From an uncultured virus (IMG/VR IMGVR_UViG_3300031951_000046) (Duplodnaviria; Heunggongvirae; Uroviricota; Caudoviricetes): a stretch of 64,000 nt of DNA. Shown here in pieces: positions 10,301 through 18,465 of the stretch. The notes below the pieces were generated by a model. That model was not told the origin of the DNA. It searched no databases and was given only the letters and a program-made list of their open reading frames with translations. The stretch lies in the IMG/VR virus record IMGVR_UViG_3300031951_000046, one strand, 5' to 3'. The translations under genes were made by a program, and so were the position numbers. Numbering within the stretch: the stretch's first letter is position 1; every line of letters starts with the position of its first letter.

Positions 10301-11020
10301 GCTTCTACACTTAACGGCAACGTTACTGTGGGTGATGCCGCTGCCGACACGGTCACTGTCAACGGAACTACAACCTTCGCTGGTGCTTCGGTCACCACAA
10401 CCTTTGCTGGAAACACACAGGTTGGTGGAAACCTCGGAGTCACAGGCTCGGTTGGCCTCAACGGAAACGTTACTGTGGGTGATGCGGCCGCTGATACGGT
10501 CACCGTCAACGGAACAACAACCTTCGCAGGATCCGGTGTCACCACCACCTTCGCAGGCGATGTTGCAGTCAACGGCGGCGATGTTACCTCCTCGGCGACA
10601 ACGTTCAACCTCCTCAACGCAACCGTCACAACCCTCAACATCGGTGGCGCAGCCACCGCGGTCGAGATCGGTGCTGCAACCGGTACCACATCGGTCAACA
10701 ATGATCTCACGGTTGATGGTAACACAACCCTCGGTAATGCTACAACCGATACGGTAACCCTCACGGCGAGAGTGGCCTCGAACGTTCTACCTTCTGCAGA
10801 TGTAACCTACAACCTCGGATCTTCAACGCTCCGCTGGGCAAACATCTACACCGGTGACTTGCATCTCAAGAACGAACGCGGTGACTATACCCTCATTGAG
10901 GAAGAGGACTTCCTCACCATCCGCTTCAACAAGACAGGCAAGCGCTACAAGTTCATGCTTGAGGCGGTTCCTGAGCTCGATGAGGCACTCGGAAACTTCT
11001 CATCAGGCCCCAAGGGCTGA
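7313..11020 (+). CDS. Long repeat-containing tail fibre protein (1235 aa)
   Basis: G/S/T/N/V-rich with several internal repeat types; C-terminal RWANIYTGDLHLKNERGDYT domain; AGGAG before ATG. Confidence 0.8.
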   Translation: MALVLSSISGSIQSNSRVGLTGSIIIANRPDSLFPSLPSDATLFVSGSSNTDYAVFGGSIIGSGSLALKNASGVTQFNAASTGLTVSDSSGNSKFSVAAASGNTSVGGTLTSTGVITATGGLSGSLTKLTDGSSYLVAGSNIVVTTGSNGAITIAGTMNASTLVAGTDTQIQFNDGGSSFGGDAGLTYNKTTDTLNGVTGSFFAVNTSGNASVGGGLTVTGASTLNGNVTVGDASADTVTVNGTTTFAGSGVTTTFAGDVAVNGGDVTSSATTFNLLNSTVTTLNLGGAATAIEIGAATGTTSINNALTVDGNVTLGNASTDAHTVNGVATFNQGLSGSHTKLADGTSAFIAGANVSVTTGSNGAVTIANTATGATYVAGSDTQVQFNDGGTFGASANYTFNKTTNLLKVTNISGSITSSNVTAGQVVLAGAGGVLSGSNGLFWNNASGSLGIGTTQPTGKFEVAGSSGSLFAVTDSMSGSLLSVNNVSGLPILEVFSDNRLVAGGYNTNAFVVSGSRVAVGTTPINTTELLVSGSSTSSDKVLLVKAGVAGQTGALVDVQNSAGSSVFIVSNTGISGSLTKLVDGSSAFIAGTNVTVTTGSNGAVTISAAMNAGALVGGSDTQLQFNDGGSFGGDSGLTYNKTTDTLTVAGDVAVNGGDITSTATSFNLLNSTVTTLNLGGAATAVEIGAATGTTSINNSLTVDGNVTLGDASADTVTVNGTTTFAGAAVTTTFAGDVAVNGGDVTSSAATFNLLNSTVTTLNLGGAATAIEIGAATGTTSINNALTVDGNTTLGNAATDTHTVNGAATFNQGLSGSLTKLSDGSSYLVGGSNISIVTGSNGAITISTSADITSVTAGNGLTGGGSTGDLTFTVDDSKVAMISGSTFTGAVKFNAGLSGSLTKLTDGSSAFLAGNNVTITTGSNGSITIAASMNASALVAGTDTQIQFNDGGAFGADSGLTYNKTTDTLNGVTGSFFSLSTSGNSSVGGALTVTGASTLNGNVTVGDAAADTVTVNGTTTFAGASVTTTFAGNTQVGGNLGVTGSVGLNGNVTVGDAAADTVTVNGTTTFAGSGVTTTFAGDVAVNGGDVTSSATTFNLLNATVTTLNIGGAATAVEIGAATGTTSVNNDLTVDGNTTLGNATTDTVTLTARVASNVLPSADVTYNLGSSTLRWANIYTGDLHLKNERGDYTLIEEEDFLTIRFNKTGKRYKFMLEAVPELDEALGNFSSGPKG

Positions 11021-11070
11021 GTGATGAGTGAGGTGGGAGCCCCGTGAGGGGGCTCCTCCTCTCCGAGATG

Positions 11071-11113
11071 AAAAACGGCACGGGTTGATACCGTGCCGTT
11101 TTTCTTTGTTTTT
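11071..11113. terminator. Bidirectional rho-independent terminator between convergent genes
   Basis: AAAAACGGCACGG-gttgata-CCGTGCCGTTTTT then further T tracts; a second hairpin (GGAGCCCC..GGGGCTCC) lies at ~11036-11056. Confidence 0.8.
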
Positions 11114-11115
11114 TC

Positions 11116-11793
11116 TCAGCGGCTTAGCAGCTTCGAACCAAACCGCTCACCATCCCGTAGTCCAACTGCGTACATCTCCTCGGCAACCTCAGCTCGAGGC
11201 ACTGCGATGGTTGCTCCCTCAAAGAGTGATGAGGGTTGAGGGCGAACATCGGAACCGAATGACAGGGGCCATGCAGAGATGCGGAGGGTGGAGTGGTGTC
11301 TCGAGGGTTGGTTGCACAGTACACCCGCATCCATGTGAATCTTCAGTGCCTTCCTCCGGATCACATCGTTCATCAGTGGGATCGAGGTGGAGGCCCGCAG
11401 TGCATCTGCCATCGCTTCCTTTGTGGGGAAGGAATCGGCCATCACGTACTCGAGATTGAGAGGCCACAGGGAGAGCCGGGTGTAACAGATGGTGATCCGC
11501 CCGCTCTCATGGATGTTGTGTGGTGTGGTTCGCATCAACTCATCCACCGCGAGGGAAACTGTTCTCCGCGGATGCTCCCTTCGCACCATGTCACCGATTC
11601 GGAGGGCCTCCTCGAATCCTGCCCTACCACCCAATCCAGCGAGGAAGTGGATGGCAACACCCCCACCTGCCGATGCAGTGATCCAATCCACATTTCCCGG
11701 ATCGATCACACCCATCTCTCCCAGCCGCTGGAGAACACCGTAGTACCAGAACAGCTTCCACCCACAACCGCTCAGAGAAACTCGTGAGAACAT
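11116..11793 (-). CDS. Patatin-like phospholipase
   Basis: SLSGCG..Y.GV oxyanion segment, TASAG nucleophile elbow (GxSxG variant), ALRASTSIP, DAG (DGG variant). Confidence 0.7.
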   Translation of the reverse strand: MFSRVSLSGCGWKLFWYYGVLQRLGEMGVIDPGNVDWITASAGGGVAIHFLAGLGGRAGFEEALRIGDMVRREHPRRTVSLAVDELMRTTPHNIHESGRITICYTRLSLWPLNLEYVMADSFPTKEAMADALRASTSIPLMNDVIRRKALKIHMDAGVLCNQPSRHHSTLRISAWPLSFGSDVRPQPSSLFEGATIAVPRAEVAEEMYAVGLRDGERFGSKLLSR

Positions 11794-11846
11794 GATGTGG
11801 ATAATTATAATCGATTTAACGGGATTATTCTAACGTACTGAAGTTG

Positions 11847-12578
11847 TTACACACCGTACCGTGAGCGTGTTTGCTGGAAGGCCTCACGTACCTGGGTGGC
11901 CGTGAAAGTTGTGGAGTTATACACGAGAACTTGGCCAATATCGCCTGCAAAGTAATCATAGGATCCGATGGAACTGTGGGAGTTGCGTGCTAGGTATGAT
12001 GTGGCCGCACCACCCGTGGAGTAGTAGTGATAGTTGTAGAAACCACCGGTGGAAACCTGCGTACCGTTCACATAGAGCACCGCATTCCATCCCGAAGATG
12101 ATGCTGTTGGGCCTGCCGTTTGGGTTGCCACCACGTGGTACCACTGCCCCGCTCCGAGGCTACCATAGGAAACGTAACCACCATTGCCCCATGTGGTGAG
12201 AGCGAGGGTGGAGCCCTGGAAACCCAGGGCAACCCCCAAACCTGCACCATCTCCCGTTGTTGCCACCCACCCAGCCCCGAGTATCCAACCGGTGGATGAT
12301 GTGTTCGCCCTCCTGATCCAAGTAGATATCGTGAAGCTCCTACTCAGCCCTAACTCTCCCAGGGCTCCATACTGGTTCGTTCCATTGAATGTGAGTGCAG
12401 AGGCGCCCGTTGAAATGCGGGTGAAGGTGGGAGAACCACCCAATCCCGCGGAGTTACCACGAGAGGATAGATCGATCCACGTGGAACCGGTTCCTGGGTA
12501 GCTCTCTGGGAGAGTGCCATCGAGGAGGAGCGTGTATCCAGGAACCGGATTGAACTTCTTGCCGATCTGCATCCCCAT
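11847..12578 (-). CDS. LamG/concanavalin A-like lectin-domain protein
   Basis: SYPGTGSTWIDLS..FNGTNQY..FTISTWI..WYHVVAT..LYVNG..RSRYGV. Confidence 0.75.
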   Translation of the reverse strand: MGMQIGKKFNPVPGYTLLLDGTLPESYPGTGSTWIDLSSRGNSAGLGGSPTFTRISTGASALTFNGTNQYGALGELGLSRSFTISTWIRRANTSSTGWILGAGWVATTGDGAGLGVALGFQGSTLALTTWGNGGYVSYGSLGAGQWYHVVATQTAGPTASSSGWNAVLYVNGTQVSTGGFYNYHYYSTGGAATSYLARNSHSSIGSYDYFAGDIGQVLVYNSTTFTATQVREAFQQTRSRYGV

Positions 12579-12580
12579 GT

Positions 12581-13288
12581 TCAGATACCGTACCTTCCTC
12601 GCAGAGCAGAGAAGTTAGAAGAGATTTCTGTAGCCGAGAGCGCCCTGTCGTACATCCTCACAGTCGATACCAACCCGTTGAAGAAGGGGCTGCTGCCTTC
12701 ACCTGTTCCGATCCTCAAAGGTGCGGCTGCATTGGGTATCAATGATGAGTTCGTTGCACTTCCAAGTGAGGTACCGTTCGAGTAGAAAGTGAAGCTGGTT
12801 CCCAGTTTCGTGATGGAGAAGTTATACCACCGTGAGGTTGAGACAGAAACAGTTCCTGCAGGCTCGATCACAACGCTGATGTTGGGCGCGTAGTTGATGT
12901 GGAAAATTGGTTTGCTCTTCGCGGGATCATATGAATATATCCACTTGGAAGAAGTTTCACCCGGTCCCACATCATGGGAGAGGAGAGCATCAGCCCACCA
13001 CGCAGCAGGCCACGTTGCGCTCCTATTGAACCAAACATCCATCGTGAACTCGGAACCGGACCAATCGTTTGAGTCTGGAACCGTAACGTGCCCCGTGTTG
13101 CCTGCGAAGGATATGGATCCTAGGGCTGATGTATTGAAGGTGGGTGAGTTTACGAGGGTGCCAACATGCCCTCTTCCACTTAAATCATTCCAAGATGTTC
13201 CGCTACCAGGATAGCTATCCCTGTTAGCAGCATCTAGGTACAGGATCAAACCGCTCGTTGTCACCTTAGGATTGTATATTTGTGCCAT
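12581..13288 (-). CDS. LamG/concanavalin A-like lectin-domain protein
   Basis: Start taken at ATG 13288 (MAQIYNPK). GLILYLDAAN..SYPGSG..WYNFSIT..MYDRALSATEI..RGRYGI. Confidence 0.75.
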   Translation of the reverse strand: MAQIYNPKVTTSGLILYLDAANRDSYPGSGTSWNDLSGRGHVGTLVNSPTFNTSALGSISFAGNTGHVTVPDSNDWSGSEFTMDVWFNRSATWPAAWWADALLSHDVGPGETSSKWIYSYDPAKSKPIFHINYAPNISVVIEPAGTVSVSTSRWYNFSITKLGTSFTFYSNGTSLGSATNSSLIPNAAAPLRIGTGEGSSPFFNGLVSTVRMYDRALSATEISSNFSALRGRYGI

Positions 13289-13289
13289 G

Positions 13290-13976
13290 TTAAACTCCGT
13301 ATCTGCTCCTAAAAGCACTGAAATTTTGTGCAACTTCTCCTGCGTTCAAACCTCTATTGTAGAGTTTCACCACGCTTATTTTGCCGTTTAACCAGAAGGG
13401 TGTGCTCATACCACCGATCGAGATTCCGTTTTGTCCCATGTTCGCATTTGTGATCGTTCCCTGCACCGTTTGTGATGTACCATTGATGTAGAGAGCATAT
13501 GAAGAGGAACTTCTCGTTGCCACTATTTGGTACCACCTGTTCGTTGTTACACCGCTCCATGTGCTGTATACAGCTCCACCGCCTGAGTGTTTTCCGAGGA
13601 ATAGAAGTCCGCTGTTGAGACCAAACCACCACTTATCTGCGGTTGATCCTCCAACGGGATCGTTCTGGAGGAAGGGGGTGGGAGCTGACCCAGCATTGAT
13701 GGAGTTCATCCACACCCACGATTCTATCGTGAAATCCCCGGTACCGAACGAATAGCTCGCATCGTTGTATGTATAAACATACGTGTTGAGCCCTGCGAAG
13801 TTCATCGTTCCACCGTAATCCGTACTGAAGGTAGGTCCGTTCTGGTACGAGGATGTGTTACGCTTCACGAGATCGTACCAAAAAGTTCCGCTTCCGGGAT
13901 GACTCTCCCTGTTCGCGGCATCGAGGTAAAGGACTAATCCGCTCTCTGAAATATCTGGTCCGCATGATGATGCCAT
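13290..13976 (-). CDS. LamG/concanavalin A-like lectin-domain protein
   Basis: GLVLYLDAAN..GTGDFTIESWV..WYQIVATR..LYING..YNRGL..RSRYGV. Confidence 0.75.
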   Translation of the reverse strand: MASSCGPDISESGLVLYLDAANRESHPGSGTFWYDLVKRNTSSYQNGPTFSTDYGGTMNFAGLNTYVYTYNDASYSFGTGDFTIESWVWMNSINAGSAPTPFLQNDPVGGSTADKWWFGLNSGLLFLGKHSGGGAVYSTWSGVTTNRWYQIVATRSSSSYALYINGTSQTVQGTITNANMGQNGISIGGMSTPFWLNGKISVVKLYNRGLNAGEVAQNFSAFRSRYGV

Positions 13977-13977
13977 G

Positions 13978-14655
13978 TTAAACTCCGTATCTGCCCCTCA
14001 GGGCGGTGAAATTAGAAGAGATTTCTCCTGCAGAGAGTGCCCTGTTGTACACGGCAACTTGAGAGATGCTGCAGTTCGCGTATCCTGCCGGTCCAGGAAA
14101 GCATCCGATTCCCACCGTGTTTGTTGCCTCGATGGAGAGACCACCCGAGAGCGCAGAGGATGCAACCTGAACACCATCGTAGTAAACTCTGTGTGTTGTG
14201 CCATCGTGGGTTGCACAGAGGTTGTGCCACCGCCCATCGTAGTAGTTTGTGGTGAAGAGGCTAGTCGCGGTTGTTGCAGATGCTCGAGCATAAGATCCCA
14301 CTTGAGTTCCCTGGAGACTCACATCGAATCCGTTGTTGCCCAAGGAAATATTGTTCGAAAAACATACGAGGTATTTATTGGTTTGTTGCGTGGATGTTTT
14401 AAACCAGCAACTGATTGCCATGGATCCCGCTGTTGAGATGCCCGATGCGGTACCGTAATCGTTCACACCATCGAACACAACGGATCCGAGAGCATCCGAC
14501 GAGAACGTAGGCCCATTCACAAGGGAAACGTTCCTGCTGTTACCGCTCAGATCGCTCCAAGCTGTTCCACTTCCTGGGTATGATGCCGGGTTTCCTGCAT
14601 CGAGGTACATCACTAATCCACTCGTTACTAGTTTTGGGTTATAAGCTGTTGCCAT
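13978..14655 (-). CDS. LamG/concanavalin A-like lectin-domain protein
   Basis: Start taken at ATG 14655. GLVMYLDAGN..FDGVNDY..DGRWHNLCAT..YNRALS..RGRYGV. Confidence 0.75.
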   Translation of the reverse strand: MATAYNPKLVTSGLVMYLDAGNPASYPGSGTAWSDLSGNSRNVSLVNGPTFSSDALGSVVFDGVNDYGTASGISTAGSMAISCWFKTSTQQTNKYLVCFSNNISLGNNGFDVSLQGTQVGSYARASATTATSLFTTNYYDGRWHNLCATHDGTTHRVYYDGVQVASSALSGGLSIEATNTVGIGCFPGPAGYANCSISQVAVYNRALSAGEISSNFTALRGRYGV

Positions 14656-14772
14656 CGTGATCACTAAATATAACAAATTTCCACACTTCGTGAGATTTAT
14701 TTGCGAGTATTTACAAATTGTTGTGGGTGCATTAGATTATTGGAGCTTACCACACAACCCACAGGTGATCAG

Positions 14773-14970
14773 ATGGATAACGAACTCGTAGAAAAGCAGA
14801 ACAGGGCCCTCAACGTTCTCGTGGAGGCCGCTCGCCTCGCCCAAACCCGCGGTGCATTCACACTAGAGCAGGCTGCCCTCATCGCAGAGGCAATCGGTGT
14901 GTTCAGGCCCGCACAGCCTGAGGCACCACCTGCGGAGGCACCACCTCCTGCAGAACCAGCAGTTTTTTGA
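14773..14970 (+). CDS. Small hypothetical protein
   Basis: ATG 14773 after AGGTG; helical body with a Pro/Ala/Glu tail; followed by a terminator. Confidence 0.6.
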   Translation: MDNELVEKQNRALNVLVEAARLAQTRGAFTLEQAALIAEAIGVFRPAQPEAPPAEAPPPAEPAVF

Positions 14971-14984
14971 TGTGATGTGAGGCC

Positions 14985-15017
14985 GGTGCACAGGTTCCTA
15001 GCCTGTGCACCTTTTTT
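14985..15017 (+). terminator. Rho-independent terminator
   Basis: GGTGCACAGG..CCTGTGCACC followed by TTTTTT. Confidence 0.8.
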
Positions 15018-15036
15018 GTTTGTATAATCCGGTAAA

Positions 15037-15465
15037 ATGCCACAAAAACTCTTCAATGTTAATTTCGGTAGATTAAAGGCGGATGCCACGGGCCCAACGG
15101 GGGTTGGCTACACTGTCCTCGATGAGGAGGGCACCACGGTAACCCCCAGAACCACGGAGGGCGTGTATCAAACCGCTCCTGGTATCTACGCAGCCTACAT
15201 AACGTTTCCACATCCGTTCTCTGGACAGGTGCTGTGGGATACTGGGGATGCCTTCGACCCGCCCGCCTATGCAGCAGAGGAGTACTCTAATACCGAGGGC
15301 ATGGTGGAGAAGATCTACCAGATGCAGTTCGGTCGGTGGGAGATCGTGAACAACCAGATGATTTTCTACAGGGAGGACAACACCACGGAGCTTGCTCGTT
15401 TCGATCTCTTCGATGAGTCTGGTAATCCTTCGGTCGATTCTGTATTTAAGAGATTGAGGGTGTAA
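15037..15465 (+). CDS. Hypothetical protein
   Basis: 142-aa ORF; TATAAT 8 nt upstream of the ATG. Confidence 0.6.
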   Translation: MPQKLFNVNFGRLKADATGPTGVGYTVLDEEGTTVTPRTTEGVYQTAPGIYAAYITFPHPFSGQVLWDTGDAFDPPAYAAEEYSNTEGMVEKIYQMQFGRWEIVNNQMIFYREDNTTELARFDLFDESGNPSVDSVFKRLRV

Positions 15466-15873
15466 TTGGCTAGAATACCTGTAAAAATTGGAAATGGATC
15501 CGCCAGGGGCATCTCAGCTGGCGGAGGCGCTTCTAGAGTTGGAAGCACCCTAGTCACTAGAGGTTTTGGAAGAAATCAGAGCATAGTTGTCCAGGGTTTC
15601 AGTTTTATGACAGCTGTAGGCGAAATACTTACGAGATTCATAGAGCTGGGTCAGTCTGGAACGAAGAGAGCGCTCAGAGAAATTCAAGAAGTTGTTGTCT
15701 GGGCCAAGCTTATCAGGGTAAACAATAAAACACCAGAATCGCCCATCCAAGGATTTGTTAAAATCAAACTGAGTGATGCATCTCAGATTGCCGTTAGAGC
15801 TGTTAAAAAAGTGTCTGTCAAAGTTAGATCAATTTTCGATGACTTAAAGATCACAGTCAACAGACTAAAATAG
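15466..15873 (+). CDS. Hypothetical basic protein (TTG start uncertain)
   Basis: ORF fills the gap between neighbours on the same strand. Confidence 0.5.
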   Translation: MARIPVKIGNGSARGISAGGGASRVGSTLVTRGFGRNQSIVVQGFSFMTAVGEILTRFIELGQSGTKRALREIQEVVVWAKLIRVNNKTPESPIQGFVKIKLSDASQIAVRAVKKVSVKVRSIFDDLKITVNRLK

Positions 15874-15889
15874 GAGATATTTAGTTGCG

Positions 15890-16516
15890 ATGGAACAATT
15901 GACTGAAACCGTAGAGCTTGATCTAGAAGAATCAAACGATCTGACCTTTAAAATAAAGATGGAAGGCACAGCAATGTCGCCTGCAAAAGTGAGGCTAGTT
16001 TGTGAAAACAACGACTTTGCCTACATGTTTAACGGCTACGGCACAGGTGAGGACGAAGTTGTTCAATTCACAATCCCGAGAATGGATAAGCGTTTGTCGG
16101 AAGGAAACTACAGAGCCCGTGTAGAAGTCCTTGTCGACAATAGATACTTCGCTCCTTTGCAGTTTAATCTCAATTTTAAGAAAACTCTCTCTGTTGTTGC
16201 AGAAGCAATACAGGTCGTCAAGAGACAGTCAAATCCAGAAGTTACAGTAACTGCAACTTCATTAATTTCTTCCAGACCTGCGCCACCCGCTGTTTCAACT
16301 ATAAAATTCGAGAAAAGACCTGAACAACAAGTAGCCAAAAACGAATCTTTCGTTCAAGAAAAATCTGAAGTTGAAAAGAGTGAAGTCGTGGCTCCTCAAT
16401 CCACAACACCAACATCAGCTACAACACCAGGCTCTCTCAGAGATGCATTCCTTAGAAAGACTTCTCAAGAAATGCTACAAAAGTCTCTTAGAGAAAAATT
16501 CTCTAAGCAGCAGTAG
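15890..16516 (+). CDS. Hypothetical protein, probably structural
   Basis: 208-aa ORF with AGGAG and ATATTTA upstream; precedes the neck genes. Confidence 0.65.
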   Translation: MEQLTETVELDLEESNDLTFKIKMEGTAMSPAKVRLVCENNDFAYMFNGYGTGEDEVVQFTIPRMDKRLSEGNYRARVEVLVDNRYFAPLQFNLNFKKTLSVVAEAIQVVKRQSNPEVTVTATSLISSRPAPPAVSTIKFEKRPEQQVAKNESFVQEKSEVEKSEVVAPQSTTPTSATTPGSLRDAFLRKTSQEMLQKSLREKFSKQQ

Positions 16517-16580
16517 AAACAATCGCCAGGAAAGCGCCTTAAAAGGACACGCCTCCTGAAACTAAAAGTGAATTGAATGC

Positions 16581-16587
16581 ATACTTA
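16581..16587 (+). promoter_or_regulatory. Representative ATANTTA putative late-promoter element (17 copies listed in findings)
   Basis: ATACTTA upstream of the neck gene; the same motif precedes both sheaths, tube, long fibre and others. Confidence 0.55.
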
Positions 16588-16609
16588 TCCTTCAAGATAG
16601 GTGTGACTC

Positions 16610-17782
16610 ATGGCCACTTTTGTAACTACTATTTCTCCAACTCCATTCGGATTTTTTGATTCTGATTCAGAATTTCAATCAGAAGCTGATGGAATGGTCA
16701 CTTATGTTAAGCGAAAATTAGGCGATGACGTCCTTTCAGTTGAGCTGACCAAGAAAGAAATTTGGGCTTGTTTTGAGGAGGCTGTCTGTGAATACTCTCG
16801 CCTTCTTCACGAGACAAAGATAGTTTCTGAGCTAACCAATGTTCTCGGAGTCCCGACGGGATCAATTGACATTACCAACAAGTATACGCAACGCTCTCTC
16901 GAGTATTTGCTTCGCATGTCAGAGCCTTATGCAACCAATGCTTTCGTAGGCGGATCTGAGAATGCAATATTCGGTTATTTCGACCTGGTTGCAGGTCAGC
17001 AAGATTATGACATTTATAAAGATCTTAAAGACTTTGTTAGTGGAAGCAACGTGTATGACAGCCTTGTCCAGAAAGGAAAGCTCAGAGTCGTAGAATTATT
17101 TCACGTTGAACCTCTCGCTGCTCAGCACTTTCTTCTCAATGCGAGTAACATTACCAACTTCCTTGCAACCAACTTTAATTACGAGTCATACGTCAACTCA
17201 TCAATCTTCTACGTCCTTCCTATATTTGAGGATGTCCTCAGGAGAGGTATGCTGGAGTCTGCTTTCAGAGTGAGAAGGTCGCACTACTCCTACGAGATCA
17301 TGGGAAGCAAGCTAAGGATCTACCCAATGCCAGTCACAGATTTGCAAGTCGGTAAATTATTTTGCAAGGTTCTACCGCCTCAGAATCCTCTTAGCCCCTC
17401 CGCTTTTGGTGATCAGACTGTCTATGGAGTTTCTGGTCCTTCTAACATACCCCTTGGAAATATTCCATTTAGTACGATAAATCAGCCTGGAAGGCAGTGG
17501 ATAAGACAGTATACGCTTGCTCTTTCTCGAGAATTACTGGGTCTAATCAGATCAAAGTTCCAAAATATACCAATTCCAAACGCAGATCTTCAGTTGAACG
17601 GAGAGGCTCTCGTTACTCAAGGAAGAGAAGATAAAGAGAAATTACAGACCCAGATGAAAGAATTCCTGTCCCAGCTGACTCATCAGAAACTTCTTGAAGC
17701 AGATGCAGCTGCTGCAGAATCTCTTAACAAGCAGTTACGCTATGTTCCAATGCCAAAAGGTAAGGCAATTACTTTAGGGTGA
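16610..17782 (+). CDS. Neck/head-tail adaptor protein (T4 gp13-like)
   Basis: YVKRKLG..VELT..CFEEAV..WIRQYTLAL.RELLG.IRSKF..LNGE; position before gp14/gp15-like genes and sheath. Confidence 0.75.
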   Translation: MATFVTTISPTPFGFFDSDSEFQSEADGMVTYVKRKLGDDVLSVELTKKEIWACFEEAVCEYSRLLHETKIVSELTNVLGVPTGSIDITNKYTQRSLEYLLRMSEPYATNAFVGGSENAIFGYFDLVAGQQDYDIYKDLKDFVSGSNVYDSLVQKGKLRVVELFHVEPLAAQHFLLNASNITNFLATNFNYESYVNSSIFYVLPIFEDVLRRGMLESAFRVRRSHYSYEIMGSKLRIYPMPVTDLQVGKLFCKVLPPQNPLSPSAFGDQTVYGVSGPSNIPLGNIPFSTINQPGRQWIRQYTLALSRELLGLIRSKFQNIPIPNADLQLNGEALVTQGREDKEKLQTQMKEFLSQLTHQKLLEADAAAAESLNKQLRYVPMPKGKAITLG

Positions 17783-17788
17783 TGAAAA

Positions 17789-18457
17789 ATGGCACGTCTT
17801 TTTATAACCCCTAGAGAGCTCAACTTTATTTCCGACATTACGAAGGAAATAGTCAAAGATGTAATAGGACAAAAAGTCTATTACTATCCGATATCTGAAA
17901 TTAAGACGAAGACTCACGGCGTATACAATGAGTCTCTAAGAAAGGTCTATGAGAATCCGATAGCCTTGGACGCACTCGTCGACAACAACTTCCAGAACGA
18001 TACTAAGATAGATAAGTTTGGAGTGGATGCTCAGTATAAAATTGAAGTTTATCTTCAGCACCGTGACCTCGTAGACAAGGGAATTAATGTTGCAATTGGA
18101 GATTTCTTCTCGTTCTCTGACGTCTTCTATGAGATAACAGAGCGTGTCTTCATGCGCAATATCTACGGAATGCCTGAACACAAAGACGGAGTCAAACTTG
18201 TTGGTGTCAAGGCACGTGAAGGTCTTTTCTCAGCCGCAGTTATTGGTCCCACAGACATAGATTACTCCGATGCCGACGCGGTACAGAAAGAGTTTCATCA
18301 GCAGCGCGGTGAGCATCTTGATCAAGATGGTGTTGCAACAGGTGATAAGAGAGACCTTGTTGAGAGCGGCGTTCTTGATAAACCGCTAACGGGACCCAAA
18401 GAGGTTTCTAGCAAGGGAGACTTGAGCGGAGCGGGATCTTCTTTTTACGATGAGTGA
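17789..18457 (+). CDS. Neck/head completion protein (T4 gp14-like)
   Basis: Synteny; GQKVYYYPI..YNE..IGDFF..YEI pattern. Confidence 0.6.
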   Translation: MARLFITPRELNFISDITKEIVKDVIGQKVYYYPISEIKTKTHGVYNESLRKVYENPIALDALVDNNFQNDTKIDKFGVDAQYKIEVYLQHRDLVDKGINVAIGDFFSFSDVFYEITERVFMRNIYGMPEHKDGVKLVGVKAREGLFSAAVIGPTDIDYSDADAVQKEFHQQRGEHLDQDGVATGDKRDLVESGVLDKPLTGPKEVSSKGDLSGAGSSFYDE

Positions 18458-18465
18458 GATTTAAT

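Noticed and set aside
7537..10764. Long antisense ORFs opposite the fibre gene (similar ones opposite sheath, tape measure, RNR and Gly-rich genes)
   Set aside because: Shadow frames produced by biased, repetitive codon usage on the coding strand; no recognisable motifs.
11028..11787. Plus-strand ORFs 11028-11459 and 11293-11787
   Set aside because: They overlap a terminator and the better-supported minus-strand patatin gene.
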